Assembly (NCBI GenBank): GCA_947651825.1
Contig: CANTAQ010000001.1
Coordinates: 483,670 to 547,669, forward strand
Source: an uncultured Clostridium sp.
GTDB taxonomy: Bacteria > Bacillota > Clostridia > TANB77 > CAG-508
Length of the DNA: 64,000 bases
Direction of reading: 5' to 3'
Part shown: one piece after another, positions 40,272 to 50,443 of the stretch
Layout: every line of letters starts with the position of its first letter
How positions within the stretch are numbered: the first letter of the stretch is position 1
Notes under the pieces: generated by a model
Told to the model about the DNA's origin: nothing
What the model saw: only the letters and a program-made list of their open reading frames with translations
The model's database searches: none
Made by a program: the position numbers and the translations under genes

Positions 40272-41963
40272 TTACCTTACAAATATATATTTTTTTGCTA
40301 TAAATAGAACAATAATATTTACATTATAAAAAGGGGGCACCGCGGGGACAAAGTCCCCGCGGTGCTCGTAATAATCAAAATACGCTGTTCTAATATCTTC
40401 TATAATTTCCCACATTTCCTCGAAGGATACTACTCGTTTGTTATTAAACAGTTCTTTCACTTCTTCAGGGAGTATAACCGAATCATCATAGCCATCAAAA
40501 AAGTAATTCTTGTAAAACTCCCTACCATTCAATTCAAATATAATATTCGCATACCATTGACTTGTAGTAGCCTTGAAATAAATTTCTTTGAGACTCTGCT
40601 GAAGGTTCACTAATTGCATTGCATAGTTGAATGGAGCTTTAGGCTGAAACAGCTCTCTATTAAAGTTTGCTAAAGCAAACTTATCAAAGCTATCCCAGTC
40701 CTCTGGAACTGCAATGTAGATTTCACCATCCTTCCACACCAATGCCACTTCCAAATCACCATCAACAATTCTTAGATTATCCCTATAACGAATTGGTTGT
40801 ATGATTTTATCAGCTGTATCAACATATACAAATGTAATTGTTGGTTTTTTCTCTATCTCACTCACATATATAGAATACAGCTTGTTGTCCGTTGTGAGGA
40901 TTAATCCACGATATAAGTCCTTCTCCTTAATATCTCCATGTGGAAAGCTTTGATAGCAAATACATTTACCATCTTTATAGAAAAAAAAGTCGCCTGATGT
41001 TTCAATCATTGAATAGTCACCAATACGTATGGCTCCAATGCTTTTTCCCTCTGAATACTCATCTAGTGGAAGATTGACATCATAGGTCAGGGTATCAATA
41101 CGGGATTCATTCTTTTTCAAGGTAATCTTCTGGAACCATTCACCCATAAAAGTATGTCCATACAATATGATTTTATTGTCCTCTGTTCGATACATCGAAA
41201 AATTCATTAAAGAATCCCAGGTTGAGCCCGTATCCATACGTGTCCTTAAAGCAAGCTCCCATTCTCCCTCTCTGTAGGTCATGTGTATTATGTTTCCTTT
41301 AAATTCGTATTCCACATCATACCCACGAGCTTGCGCATAGTCAAGGTCTTCTTGTACAAAGTCTGGAAGCTCTGAATCCCATGCCGTTTTTCTACCAGTT
41401 GGCTCTAAATCCATCACATCAAGCAGCTTCTCAAGATCCCTAACAACCACGTCTCCCTGCAAATTAAATTCAGGAGGAGTATTATACATTACTGTCCTAA
41501 TTTTTATTGCATCTTTGCAAAAAGTAATCTTTTGGAAATATCCCTCGTGTTGTAGGTAGCCATACACAACAATCTCATGCTTTTGGGATAGATACATTGA
41601 AAACTTTATGTAGGCTCTACTAGCGACTTCGCTTTCCTGAGCCTCCAAGAATAGTATCCACTCATTGTCTTGCAGTTCAAGCCGCATAGCACTTCTTTTG
41701 AACTGGTACATTATTCCATAGCCATGTTCTTCTGCATATTCCATGTCTTGCTGAACAAACCTTGGAAGTTCAGAATCCCAATCAGTCGTTACATCAGTCG
41801 GTTCTAAATCCATGGGCAGCATCAACCACCCAAGGTTTCTCGTAATAGTCTCATCTTTTACGTGGAACTGTGGAAGATTGACAAAATCTACCACCACACT
41901 AACTCCCAAGACTAAAAAAATTAAGCCTATAAAGCCAAAAGCCTTTCTCTGCAAGAATTTCAT
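40272..41963 (-). CDS. Hypothetical exported protein with tandem duplicated domain, GC-richer than flanks
   Basis: 563 aa; N-terminal TM; 'MDLEPT...WDSELP.FVQ.D..YA...GY...Y.FK' occurs twice. Confidence 0.7.
   Translation of the reverse strand: MKFLQRKAFGFIGLIFLVLGVSVVVDFVNLPQFHVKDETITRNLGWLMLPMDLEPTDVTTDWDSELPRFVQQDMEYAEEHGYGIMYQFKRSAMRLELQDNEWILFLEAQESEVASRAYIKFSMYLSQKHEIVVYGYLQHEGYFQKITFCKDAIKIRTVMYNTPPEFNLQGDVVVRDLEKLLDVMDLEPTGRKTAWDSELPDFVQEDLDYAQARGYDVEYEFKGNIIHMTYREGEWELALRTRMDTGSTWDSLMNFSMYRTEDNKIILYGHTFMGEWFQKITLKKNESRIDTLTYDVNLPLDEYSEGKSIGAIRIGDYSMIETSGDFFFYKDGKCICYQSFPHGDIKEKDLYRGLILTTDNKLYSIYVSEIEKKPTITFVYVDTADKIIQPIRYRDNLRIVDGDLEVALVWKDGEIYIAVPEDWDSFDKFALANFNRELFQPKAPFNYAMQLVNLQQSLKEIYFKATTSQWYANIIFELNGREFYKNYFFDGYDDSVILPEEVKELFNNKRVVSFEEMWEIIEDIRTAYFDYYEHRGDFVPAVPPFYNVNIIVLFIAKKYIFVR
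40333..40367 (-). terminator. Strong GC-rich terminator hairpin lying inside the 3' end of the 563-aa ORF
   Basis: GCACCGCGGGGAC-TTT-GTCCCCGCGGTGC-CCCC-TTTTT on the - strand. Confidence 0.75.
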
Positions 41964-42202
41964 TGTTTGTTGTCTCCATTTCTCAATTTAATTAGAATTT
42001 AAGTTTACAGTGTTCGGTTTTTTACCTCCTTATAAAAAATTTAGAGTATTGTTAATTATCACATCATCCTTTCTCAAGTAAAAATTATCCTACCTCAGAC
42101 TTCAGATTTTCATATTTGCTAAAGTGTGACTTATCTATTATAGCAAGTTTTCTTTTATTTTTCAATAAAAAAACGACAGAACCTATTTTTTAGGTTCTGT
42201 TT

Positions 42203-42349
42203 TTAGGTTACATTTACTTTTTCTTTATAATACTCCGTTATTAGTTCATCTAATTCTACGCTTAGCTTATATGTTTCTTCATAATCTGCTCCATTTATGA
42301 TACTTTCATTTAGTTTTTCTCTTAGTTTAAGGATTTTGTCGTTTAGCAT
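42203..42349 (-). CDS. Spo0E-family aspartyl-phosphate phosphatase (48 aa), absent from the ORF track
   Basis: MLNDKILKLREKLNESIINGADYEETYKLSVELDELITEYYKEKVNVT; S.ELD motif; GGAG RBS; ACAGAACCTA/TAGGTTCTGT hairpin follows. Confidence 0.8.
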   Translation of the reverse strand: MLNDKILKLREKLNESIINGADYEETYKLSVELDELITEYYKEKVNVT

Positions 42350-42495
42350 ATGCATGCACTCTCCTTTTTCTCTTTTTTCTTCACCTGTTATTAATAAAAT
42401 ACCATATTTTTACAATAACGTCAATATAAAACCAGCAAAAACTTAATTTTTTAGCCAACTTTCGCGCGTCTTTTTTCTTTATATTTCAGTGCAAT

Positions 42496-43329
42496 TTACC
42501 ATTTTTTGTTTTTTTCTTTTTCTTTATGGCAATTTTTTAAATTTTGCGACATTTTTTTCTGATATATTTTTTTAAAATATATCAGAATTCCCAAAATTAA
42601 TATTGCTAATGATAAAAGCTGAGAAATTCTTATATTTCCTAACATCAAACTATCTGTCCTTAAGCCTTCTATTAGCATTCTTATAAGCCCATATCCAATT
42701 AAATAAGTGCATACCGCCTGTCCTGAAAACTTCCTATTTTTTATATTTATCAAAATCACAAATAAAATTAGAGTTCCCATTGATTCATACAAAAAAGTAG
42801 GATGAACTTCTATATACTCTCCAAATTCGTAAATTCCCATTCTCCATGGTAAATTAGTTTGTGTTCCATATGCTTCAACATTAAAAAAATTTCCCCATCT
42901 TCCTATTGCCTGTCCTATTGCTAAACTTGGTGTTGCATAATCTAATAAATCTACAAAATTTATCTTTCTTTTCTTGCAAAATATATAACAAGTTAAGATT
43001 CCTCCTATTATTCCTCCATATATTGCTAAGCCCCCGCCTCTAAAATCTAATATTGATATAGGGTTTGATATGTAATCGTCTATACTAAATAATACATAGT
43101 ATATTCTTGCTGAAATTATTGATATTGGAATTAAATATATACATAAATCTATAATATCTGCAAATTTTATATTAAAATATTTTTCTCTTAATTTTAATAC
43201 TAGTAGTGCCATAACTATTGCTGTAACAATCATTATGGCATACCAGTATATTTCTATACCAAATATTGAAAATGCAATATCCGAAAATTTTAAATTTAAG
43301 TTTAGTAGTGGAAATGTAACTGTATTCAT
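42496..43329 (-). CDS. lgt: Prolipoprotein diacylglyceryl transferase
   Basis: GGLAIYGG, GQAIGRWGNFFN.E, HPTFLYE, E..R.D. Confidence 0.95.
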   Translation of the reverse strand: MNTVTFPLLNLNLKFSDIAFSIFGIEIYWYAIMIVTAIVMALLVLKLREKYFNIKFADIIDLCIYLIPISIISARIYYVLFSIDDYISNPISILDFRGGGLAIYGGIIGGILTCYIFCKKRKINFVDLLDYATPSLAIGQAIGRWGNFFNVEAYGTQTNLPWRMGIYEFGEYIEVHPTFLYESMGTLILFVILINIKNRKFSGQAVCTYLIGYGLIRMLIEGLRTDSLMLGNIRISQLLSLAILILGILIYFKKIYQKKMSQNLKNCHKEKEKNKKW

Positions 43330-43348
43330 ATTTATCTTTCTCCCTATT

Positions 43349-44638
43349 TTATGCTTTTTTTACTACAGAAATAACCATATTTTCCTCTTTAAAAACATCT
43401 TCTATCATTTTTTGTGCATATTCTGGTGTAACTTGATTATATACTTCTAAATATTCAAAACTATTAATTCCTTTAAAATAATCTGAAATAAACATTCTTG
43501 TAATTTCTGCTACATCATCATATTCTCTTACATAATTTCCATATATCATATTTTTTATTCTTTCAAAATGAGATGAATCTATCCCTTCGGATTTTATTTT
43601 TTCAATCTCCCCTTTTACTCTTTCTAAAACTATTTCTGGATTAGTACTTTGTCCAGTAATTGCTATATGGGCAAAACTTTGCGAGAATTCATACTCTAAA
43701 TATGTTTCTTTTGTTAATACTCCAGATTCATATAATTCTTTATATAGCTTTGAGCTTTTTCCTATTATCATATTTAAAAGTATTTCTATTGCTATATGTT
43801 TTTTTACTATGCTATCACTATTTTTTAATTCTCTGTTTATTTCTACATCCTTTATTCCTATTACAAATATTGGAGTACTTACTTCCATATTCTGTGTTCT
43901 TTCCTTTGAAACTATATTTTTTTGCTCTTCTGGAAGAATTCTTTTTATTTCTCCTTGAGCTTTTTTAGGTTTTAATCTTTTTTTAACTTCTTCTAATAGT
44001 TCTTCTGGTTCAAAGTTTCCTGCAAAACACATTGCCATATTTGATGGGTGATAAAAAGTATTATAACATTTGTATAGTATGTCTTTATCTATTTTACTTA
44101 TTGACTCTATTGATCCTGCTATATCTATATTTATCGGATTATCTTTATACATATTTTGAATCGCATTCATATATACTTGCCAATCAGGGTAATCATCATA
44201 CATCTTTATTTCTTGTCCGATTATACCTTTCTCTTTTTCAACATTTTCGTCTGTAAAATACGGATTCTGAACATAATCCATAAGTTCATCTAATGCAGGT
44301 ATAAAATTATCTGTACATTCAAATAAATATGCTGTATGATCTGTAGTTGTATATGCATTTGCATTTACACCTAGCGCTGTTAAAGTATCTAAACTATTTG
44401 TTCCATTTTCCTGTTCAAACATTTTATGTTCTAAGAAATGTGCTACTCCATCTGGTATGTTAGTTTCTGCTTTATCTCCTGGTGCTATAAATTTATTATC
44501 TAGTGAACCAAAATGTGTTGCCCACATCATATATTTTTTTTGTGTGGTTTTTTTAGGTATAATCATTACTGTTAATCCATTTTCTAGTTTTTCTATATAT
44601 AATTTTTCTTTCACTCTAGAATTTTCTATAATTTGCAT
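43349..44638 (-). CDS. M16 zinc peptidase (YmfH-like)
   Basis: HFLEH inverted zinc motif, NAYT, EKEKGIIGQEI. Confidence 0.92.
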   Translation of the reverse strand: MQIIENSRVKEKLYIEKLENGLTVMIIPKKTTQKKYMMWATHFGSLDNKFIAPGDKAETNIPDGVAHFLEHKMFEQENGTNSLDTLTALGVNANAYTTTDHTAYLFECTDNFIPALDELMDYVQNPYFTDENVEKEKGIIGQEIKMYDDYPDWQVYMNAIQNMYKDNPINIDIAGSIESISKIDKDILYKCYNTFYHPSNMAMCFAGNFEPEELLEEVKKRLKPKKAQGEIKRILPEEQKNIVSKERTQNMEVSTPIFVIGIKDVEINRELKNSDSIVKKHIAIEILLNMIIGKSSKLYKELYESGVLTKETYLEYEFSQSFAHIAITGQSTNPEIVLERVKGEIEKIKSEGIDSSHFERIKNMIYGNYVREYDDVAEITRMFISDYFKGINSFEYLEVYNQVTPEYAQKMIEDVFKEENMVISVVKKA

Positions 44639-44655
44639 TATTCTCCTCCTAAATA

Positions 44656-45933
44656 CTAATTTCTCAAGAAATAAATTGTATTAATACTTATGCTATTTGC
44701 TATTTCCTGTATTTGTTCCTTAGTTACAGCATTTATTTTATCTATATATTCTTCAAAATTAGTTAATTTTCCAGATAATTCCTGACCAAAATAATATGTC
44801 ATTTCTGAATCTTGTTCATCTGCAACTGTTTTTATTCCTGATATCATATATTTCTTGCTATTCTCTATATCCTCTTCAGTAAATTCGCCATTTTTCATTT
44901 CTTCCAATTGTTCCTTTATTATTTTTACAGCTTCATCATAATTTTCTATTTCAATTCCACATCTTATAAATATATTGTTTTTTTGTCTTACATAATTTGA
45001 TCTTGCTGTATATGCCAAGCTTGCTTTTTCTCTTACATTTTGGAACAACTTTGATGTTGCACTTTCTCCAAGTATGACATTATATAAGCACATTGCGTAC
45101 TTCGAATCTGGCTTATTGTAATCAATATCTATACCCATTACTAGTTTTCCTTGATTTATGTTCATTGATTCACTTAAAGTTATTGCATCTTCTATTTTTT
45201 CTTTTTTCTCTGTTTCTTCATTGTTTATTATATGGCAATCCTCTCTGCCTTCTAGTCCTTGAAGATTTTTATTCTGATTAAATATATTTAATATATAATT
45301 GCTTTCAAAATCTCCTGAAATGAATATATCAATTTTAGAACTATTTATTAAATTTTTATAATGCTCATATAATTCTTTTGCATTTATCTTTTCTAAATCT
45401 TCTATATAACCATATTTATATATTCCAAACGCTTTATCTTTGTACATCTCTTCAATACATCTATTAAAAGCATAGCTATCTTTATTATCTATCTTTCCTT
45501 CTATGAGTCTTCTAATTGTTTGTTTCTCTGTTTCTACATATTGTTCTTTAAACTTGTCTTCTTCCACAAATGGATTAAAAATTATATCTAATAATAAATT
45601 TATAGATTTTTCCAATAAATTTTCTTTTTTGGGTAAAAAATTATCATTGACTGTCTCTATATAAAATTTTATTATCTGATTATCTCCTATTTTATCTATT
45701 CCTGCATCTAGATTTGCACCATACATATTTTCTAATTCTATGTTAATTTCCTCTTGTGTTTTTAAGCTTTTAGATCCTCTTTTTAAAACTGCTGGTATAA
45801 GTGCATTTTTAGTAACATTTTCTTTGTCTATTGGTAAACTAAAAAAGGCTGCTATCAAATTTGTTTTAAATTTCGATGTTTGTATCAAATGAACTTTTAT
45901 ATTTTCTTTTAAATCTTCTATTTTATAAGACAT
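44656..45933 (-). CDS. M16 inactive partner subunit (YmfF-like)
   Basis: KFKTN, LE.MYGA, SKLFQNVREK.SLAY; no HxxEH. Confidence 0.88.
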   Translation of the reverse strand: MSYKIEDLKENIKVHLIQTSKFKTNLIAAFFSLPIDKENVTKNALIPAVLKRGSKSLKTQEEINIELENMYGANLDAGIDKIGDNQIIKFYIETVNDNFLPKKENLLEKSINLLLDIIFNPFVEEDKFKEQYVETEKQTIRRLIEGKIDNKDSYAFNRCIEEMYKDKAFGIYKYGYIEDLEKINAKELYEHYKNLINSSKIDIFISGDFESNYILNIFNQNKNLQGLEGREDCHIINNEETEKKEKIEDAITLSESMNINQGKLVMGIDIDYNKPDSKYAMCLYNVILGESATSKLFQNVREKASLAYTARSNYVRQKNNIFIRCGIEIENYDEAVKIIKEQLEEMKNGEFTEEDIENSKKYMISGIKTVADEQDSEMTYYFGQELSGKLTNFEEYIDKINAVTKEQIQEIANSISINTIYFLRN

Positions 45934-46050
45934 TTTTGACCTCCATATTTTCTTTATTATGTATAATTTTCTTTATTTATTTTACTCTTTTTTATACTTT
46001 TTTATACAAAAAATGGAGGCTAAATTCGTCTAACCTCCTATTTATATGTA

Positions 46051-46221
46051 TTAAAATTTTCTTTTTCTAGCTGCTTCTGATTTTTTCTTTCTCTTTACAC
46101 TAGGTTTTTCATAATGTTCTCTTTTTCTTACCTCTTGTAATACACCATTTCTTACACATTGTCTCTTAAATCTTTTCAATGCATCCTCTATATTTCCATT
46201 ATTAACTTTAATTTCTGCCAC
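46051..46221 (-). CDS. rpsU: 30S ribosomal protein S21, absent from the ORF track
   Basis: GTG start; MAEIKV...ALKRFKRQC...[31 protein letters not shown]. Confidence 0.95.
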   Translation of the reverse strand: MAEIKVNNGNIEDALKRFKRQCVRNGVLQEVRKREHYEKPSVKRKKKSEAARKRKF

Positions 46222-46359
46222 TTTGAATTTCCCTCCCCTCGCGATATGCTTTCCTTCTGTTGGGATTATATAACTTGATATATTATATAGGAAAACTTCT
46301 TTAATGTCAATATTTTGTAGAAAAAATAGTGTATTTTATGTATTTTTTTAAATTTCTAT

Positions 46360-49008
46360 TTAAAATCCTGTTTTTGGCAGTTCAGGCTCTTTGGGGCTAT
46401 TTGTAAAAGTTAAATTAACTATTTGCTGGTCTTCTATTATTTTTATAGTTTGTGGTCCTGCATCCTTAAGAAAATATTCTGGTGTTTCATATTCATATAT
46501 TGTATATTCGCCATATGGTAATTTATCTGTTACTACTGTTCCTGTTGCATCTGTTATATATATTCCCATATTATCTCCACTTTCATTTAAAACTAAAAAC
46601 TTAGTATTTGGTATTGGCGAATTTTCTGCTAAATCTAATATTTCACTATATTTATTTGAAACCTTTTTTATTCTTATTTTTCCATATTTTTTAATATTTT
46701 CGAATTTCAGTTCTGTTGTCCTTCCTTCTTCTAAAATAACAGTTTGTACTTTTTCATTGAGTACATATTCGTTTGGTGCATAAGTCTCTTTTATCGTATA
46801 AATTTCATCTATTGGTAATTCCTTTGTCACTGGCTTCCCTCTTTCATTTGTGATAATTGTATCTACTAAATCACCTTTATTATTGTAAATTTCAAAAGTA
46901 ACATTTGGTATATAAATCTCTTTATTTTCACTATCATTTTTTACAACTTGAATTTGACCTTTTTTCTTTTCATTTTCAATAATTAATTCTTTTATCTTTG
47001 ATTCTTCTAAAACAACATTTACTATTTCATCATTTAGTTTATAATTTTCTTGTGTTTTTACTTCTTTAATATAATACGTTTTACTTACTCTAAGTCTATC
47101 TGTAATTGCTTCTCCATTTTTATCTGTAATCAATCTCTGAATTAGCTTATCATCTTCATCATATACTTCGAAAATTACTCCTTCCAGTTTTTTATTATTA
47201 TTATCTTTATCAATTTTTACTACTTTTATTTGTCCTTTTTTCACCTCATTTTCAATCTCAATTGTCGTTGTTTCTCCATCTTTTAAAATTACAATTTTAG
47301 GTATTCTATCTACTGTATATCCTTCTTGAGTTTCTACTTCTTTTAATACAAGTTTTTCATAATCTCTAATCGGATATTTTGCTGTAAAGGCTTCTCCTTG
47401 TTCATTTGTTGTTATTGTTTCTAAAACTTTACCCTTCTCATCTGTTACTTCAAATTTAACATTTTGAATCTTTATTTCATTATCATCTTTATCTAATTTA
47501 ACTATTTTTATTCTGCCTTTTTTTAGCTCATTTTCAATTGTAACAAATGTTGTACTATTCCATTCTATATTTATTTCTTCGTCTTCTGCTATGTTGTACC
47601 ATTTATTTGTTTCTTTCTCTATTATTTTATACATTCCCGTTCTTAAGTTTTCAATAACTATTTCCCCATTTGCATCTGTTTTATATGTCCCAATTACTCT
47701 TCCGTATTCCTCTGAATACAAGTCAAATTCTATATTTCCTAATGCAATTTTATTATTATCTTTATCTACTTTATTTATCTTTACATTACCTTTTTTATGT
47801 TCGTTTGTAAATATCATTTCTGTCGTTTTATTATATGTTGTTTTAATATCTATAGCTTCTGTAGATATTATATAATTTTCATCAGTTTTTATTTCTTTTA
47901 CTACATATGTATTTTGATATAAGTTATCAAAAATCAATGTTCCATTTATATCTGTTGTAGCTTGTCCTATTATATTTCCATTACTATCTGTTAATTCATA
48001 TACTGTTCCACTAATTGGTTCATTTGTATCTTTATCTACTTTTATTATTTTAATACTTGCAGTATTTCCTCTTGAATTAAAATCTATGCTACTACTATCA
48101 ACTACAGTTATTGGATTTGTTGTAATTGCATAATTCTGAAGTGTTTTATCATATGTCTCTCCAAAAAACATCATATATGCTTTTGTATCAACTTTTGCCG
48201 AAACTTTTCCTTGTACATCCGTGCTCTCAATTGTTTCCTTTGGAATCCTAACTTCAAAAATCTCTCCTCCATCAAATTGTGTCTGTTCAACCCCTAGTGA
48301 ATTTGTAACTTTTGTTCCTGTTGGAAAGCCATTAATAGTTGGGTTATATGATTTTACACCTACATTAGAACTAACTTTATATTTTTGTATATAATATATA
48401 TCTTTTAATTCTATATTTCCTACTTTAACAATTGTTGCTGTAGGAGTTTTGTATGTATTTGTTCCATTGTCTGCCTCATATACAAGTCTCTTCATTAAAT
48501 CAACTGTTCTGTTTCCTATCTCATCAATACCATAATAATTATTTATATTTGTTTTTTCTATCTCCTTATTAGTATACTCTCCTACAATATGATATATAGC
48601 CATTTTTGTAGCCTGATATGCATAGCTATCATTGTCTACTCCAAGTTCTCTCGCAGTATGATTTGGATATCCTGCAACAATTACTCTCCATATTTTATTG
48701 TATAAATCTCTGTTTTCTAGTATTTCTGAAGTGTTTACTGTATGTGTAAAATGATTATCTGCTCCTTTATTTCCACGATTCAGACAATATGCTGGATAAA
48801 AGTTCGTCCCCTCATAATAGCCAACTAAATCTGTAGATATTGCATAATCTCCTCTTTCTGAATTTCTTACATGGCATTCTACTGAACCATATCCAGTTAA
48901 TGTTACATCTTCTCCTAAGTTACAACTTTCTGCTTTTGTAATTGGGTATATACTATTTAGTAATATAAATACTACTAATATTATAATTAAAAGTCTCTTT
49001 TTTTTCAC
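46360..49008 (-). CDS. Thioester-domain (TED) adhesin with six SpaA/CnaB-like repeats and C-terminal LPKTG
   Basis: Signal peptide; 'AYCLN', 'YQATK.AI', 'LQNY'; six 'KG.I...K.D.....F......TT...G......Y...E......Y' repeats; ends LPKTGF*. Confidence 0.8.
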   Translation of the reverse strand: MKKKRLLIIILVVFILLNSIYPITKAESCNLGEDVTLTGYGSVECHVRNSERGDYAISTDLVGYYEGTNFYPAYCLNRGNKGADNHFTHTVNTSEILENRDLYNKIWRVIVAGYPNHTARELGVDNDSYAYQATKMAIYHIVGEYTNKEIEKTNINNYYGIDEIGNRTVDLMKRLVYEADNGTNTYKTPTATIVKVGNIELKDIYYIQKYKVSSNVGVKSYNPTINGFPTGTKVTNSLGVEQTQFDGGEIFEVRIPKETIESTDVQGKVSAKVDTKAYMMFFGETYDKTLQNYAITTNPITVVDSSSIDFNSRGNTASIKIIKVDKDTNEPISGTVYELTDSNGNIIGQATTDINGTLIFDNLYQNTYVVKEIKTDENYIISTEAIDIKTTYNKTTEMIFTNEHKKGNVKINKVDKDNNKIALGNIEFDLYSEEYGRVIGTYKTDANGEIVIENLRTGMYKIIEKETNKWYNIAEDEEINIEWNSTTFVTIENELKKGRIKIVKLDKDDNEIKIQNVKFEVTDEKGKVLETITTNEQGEAFTAKYPIRDYEKLVLKEVETQEGYTVDRIPKIVILKDGETTTIEIENEVKKGQIKVVKIDKDNNNKKLEGVIFEVYDEDDKLIQRLITDKNGEAITDRLRVSKTYYIKEVKTQENYKLNDEIVNVVLEESKIKELIIENEKKKGQIQVVKNDSENKEIYIPNVTFEIYNNKGDLVDTIITNERGKPVTKELPIDEIYTIKETYAPNEYVLNEKVQTVILEEGRTTELKFENIKKYGKIRIKKVSNKYSEILDLAENSPIPNTKFLVLNESGDNMGIYITDATGTVVTDKLPYGEYTIYEYETPEYFLKDAGPQTIKIIEDQQIVNLTFTNSPKEPELPKTGF

Positions 49009-49031
49009 ATTAAATTCCTCCTATTTTACTG

Positions 49032-49619
49032 TCATTTTACTATATTTACATTTTCTATTATTTCTTTTGCTCTTACACATAACCTTTTTTTTGTGTTATT
49101 CTTTACACATGTAATTAGTGTTATTATATTTTCTTTAGTATTTTCAATCACTGACCAATCTGTACTCTCTATTATTCTATTCTCATATACTGCATATTTT
49201 TTTATTCCTAATTTAGTTTTGTAAATAATTTCATCTCCATTTTGTAACTCATTTATTCGTTCAAAATAATGTGCATATATTGAACGATTATGGCTTGCTA
49301 ATGCAACATTTCCTTCCCATAAACTACTTTCTGTAAAATGTCCAACTGCCACCTTTAAAATTTCTTGATTACTTCCTTCTTTAATTGGTGCAATTATTCC
49401 AAACCTTGGAATCTCAAAAGTACCTATAATATTATCATTTGCGTTCAATTCTTCTTTTGTTATTATTTCAATTTCGTTTTGATTTCCAATATTAACTACT
49501 TTTTCTGCTTTCTCTAATTGTATTTTTTCAACAATCTTGTTACTCAAATAATGTGCTATAATAACTGACATAAATGTCAGTATAAATATTATAATCAAAA
49601 CTACTTTCGATTCATTCAA
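49032..49619 (-). CDS. Class D sortase
   Basis: Catalytic 'LASH', 'TLITC', 'R'; likely TTG start at 49619 after AAGGGGG; N-terminal TM. Confidence 0.85.
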   Translation of the reverse strand: MNESKVVLIIIFILTFMSVIIAHYLSNKIVEKIQLEKAEKVVNIGNQNEIEIITKEELNANDNIIGTFEIPRFGIIAPIKEGSNQEILKVAVGHFTESSLWEGNVALASHNRSIYAHYFERINELQNGDEIIYKTKLGIKKYAVYENRIIESTDWSVIENTKENIITLITCVKNNTKKRLCVRAKEIIENVNIVK

Positions 49620-49831
49620 TTCTGATTCCCCCTTATTTTTATAAAGTTTAGAGCTTATCTTTCCATTTCTAAATCGATTCAATAATGTAGTTTCTAACAT
49701 TTTAAATTTTTTAATTTAATATTTTTGGATTTTTTAAGAACTTAAATTCTTTGAAATTTTTTAGGCAATAGAACTTGCCTTAGATCTTTATTAGTTTTAT
49801 CACACTTTTTCATTTTTTTCAACAAAAATCG

Positions 49832-49858
49832 TATGTCAAACTTCGACAAATTTCGCAC
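49832..49858 (-). promoter_or_regulatory. Spo0A (0A) box with flanking degenerate copies
   Basis: TTCGACA (TGTCGAA on the - strand) at 49842-49848 with 10-nt-spaced imperfect copies either side. Confidence 0.45.
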
Positions 49859-50166
49859 TTTCTTTTTTATTATATTTTTTAAAAGCTTACAGTCCATTTA
49901 TTTAGCAAGATTAACACCACTTAAAAGCTTATTATTCTTGATTTATACTTTTGTAATTGTTTTTTCATATTTTAAATTTATATAATATTTTCATTAAATT
50001 ATTTTTATTATTTGATTAAATTTCTTTCAAAAATTTCCAAGCAATTCTAAAGTAATTCTTAGAAATGCAATACTTTCGTCTGGTATTATGCGAGCTATTT
50101 TTGTGGGACAATATTAACAATATTAAAATATCATTTTTTATTAATAAAAGATGGAGGTATACTAAT

Positions 50167-50385
50167 ATGTTTGAAATATCTAAATACAAAAAAAGTAATG
50201 TAAAAATTTCAATCCGTTTACCTGAAGACATTAACGAAACCCTTAGGAAAATAGCCAAAAAGGAAGGTATGAGTTTTAATAATGTAATAATTAGTTGTAT
50301 TCAACATTCTTTAGAACAAATTGATTTAAATAAATACACTCAGGTAGATATTTATACTGACGATAAAGTTAAAAGTGTAATCTAG
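50167..50385 (+). CDS. Ribbon-helix-helix (Arc/HicB-like) DNA-binding protein
   Basis: ATG at 50167 after GGAGGT; 'ISIRLPE.....L..IA...GMSFN.VI'. Confidence 0.8.
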   Translation: MFEISKYKKSNVKISIRLPEDINETLRKIAKKEGMSFNNVIISCIQHSLEQIDLNKYTQVDIYTDDKVKSVI

Positions 50386-50443
50386 TAAAAAACTTTTTGA
50401 TTTCATAATAAAATGAGGTAGCAAACATCTACCCCATTTTTTC

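Noticed and set aside
46390-48060. Repeated DNA blocks as CRISPR or DGR repeats
   Set aside because: They are degenerate in-frame SpaA/CnaB protein repeats; no cas or reverse transcriptase genes and no identical repeats.
49740-49800. Possible c-di-GMP-I riboswitch upstream of the sortase (GATCTAAGG plus a small hairpin)
   Set aside because: The GGCAAA...GAAA first hairpin and GACGCAAA junction are absent.
50244-50246. AGG as a second recoded Arg codon
   Set aside because: In-frame AGG occurs in intact genes (RHH gene here, trmB) with no frameshift.
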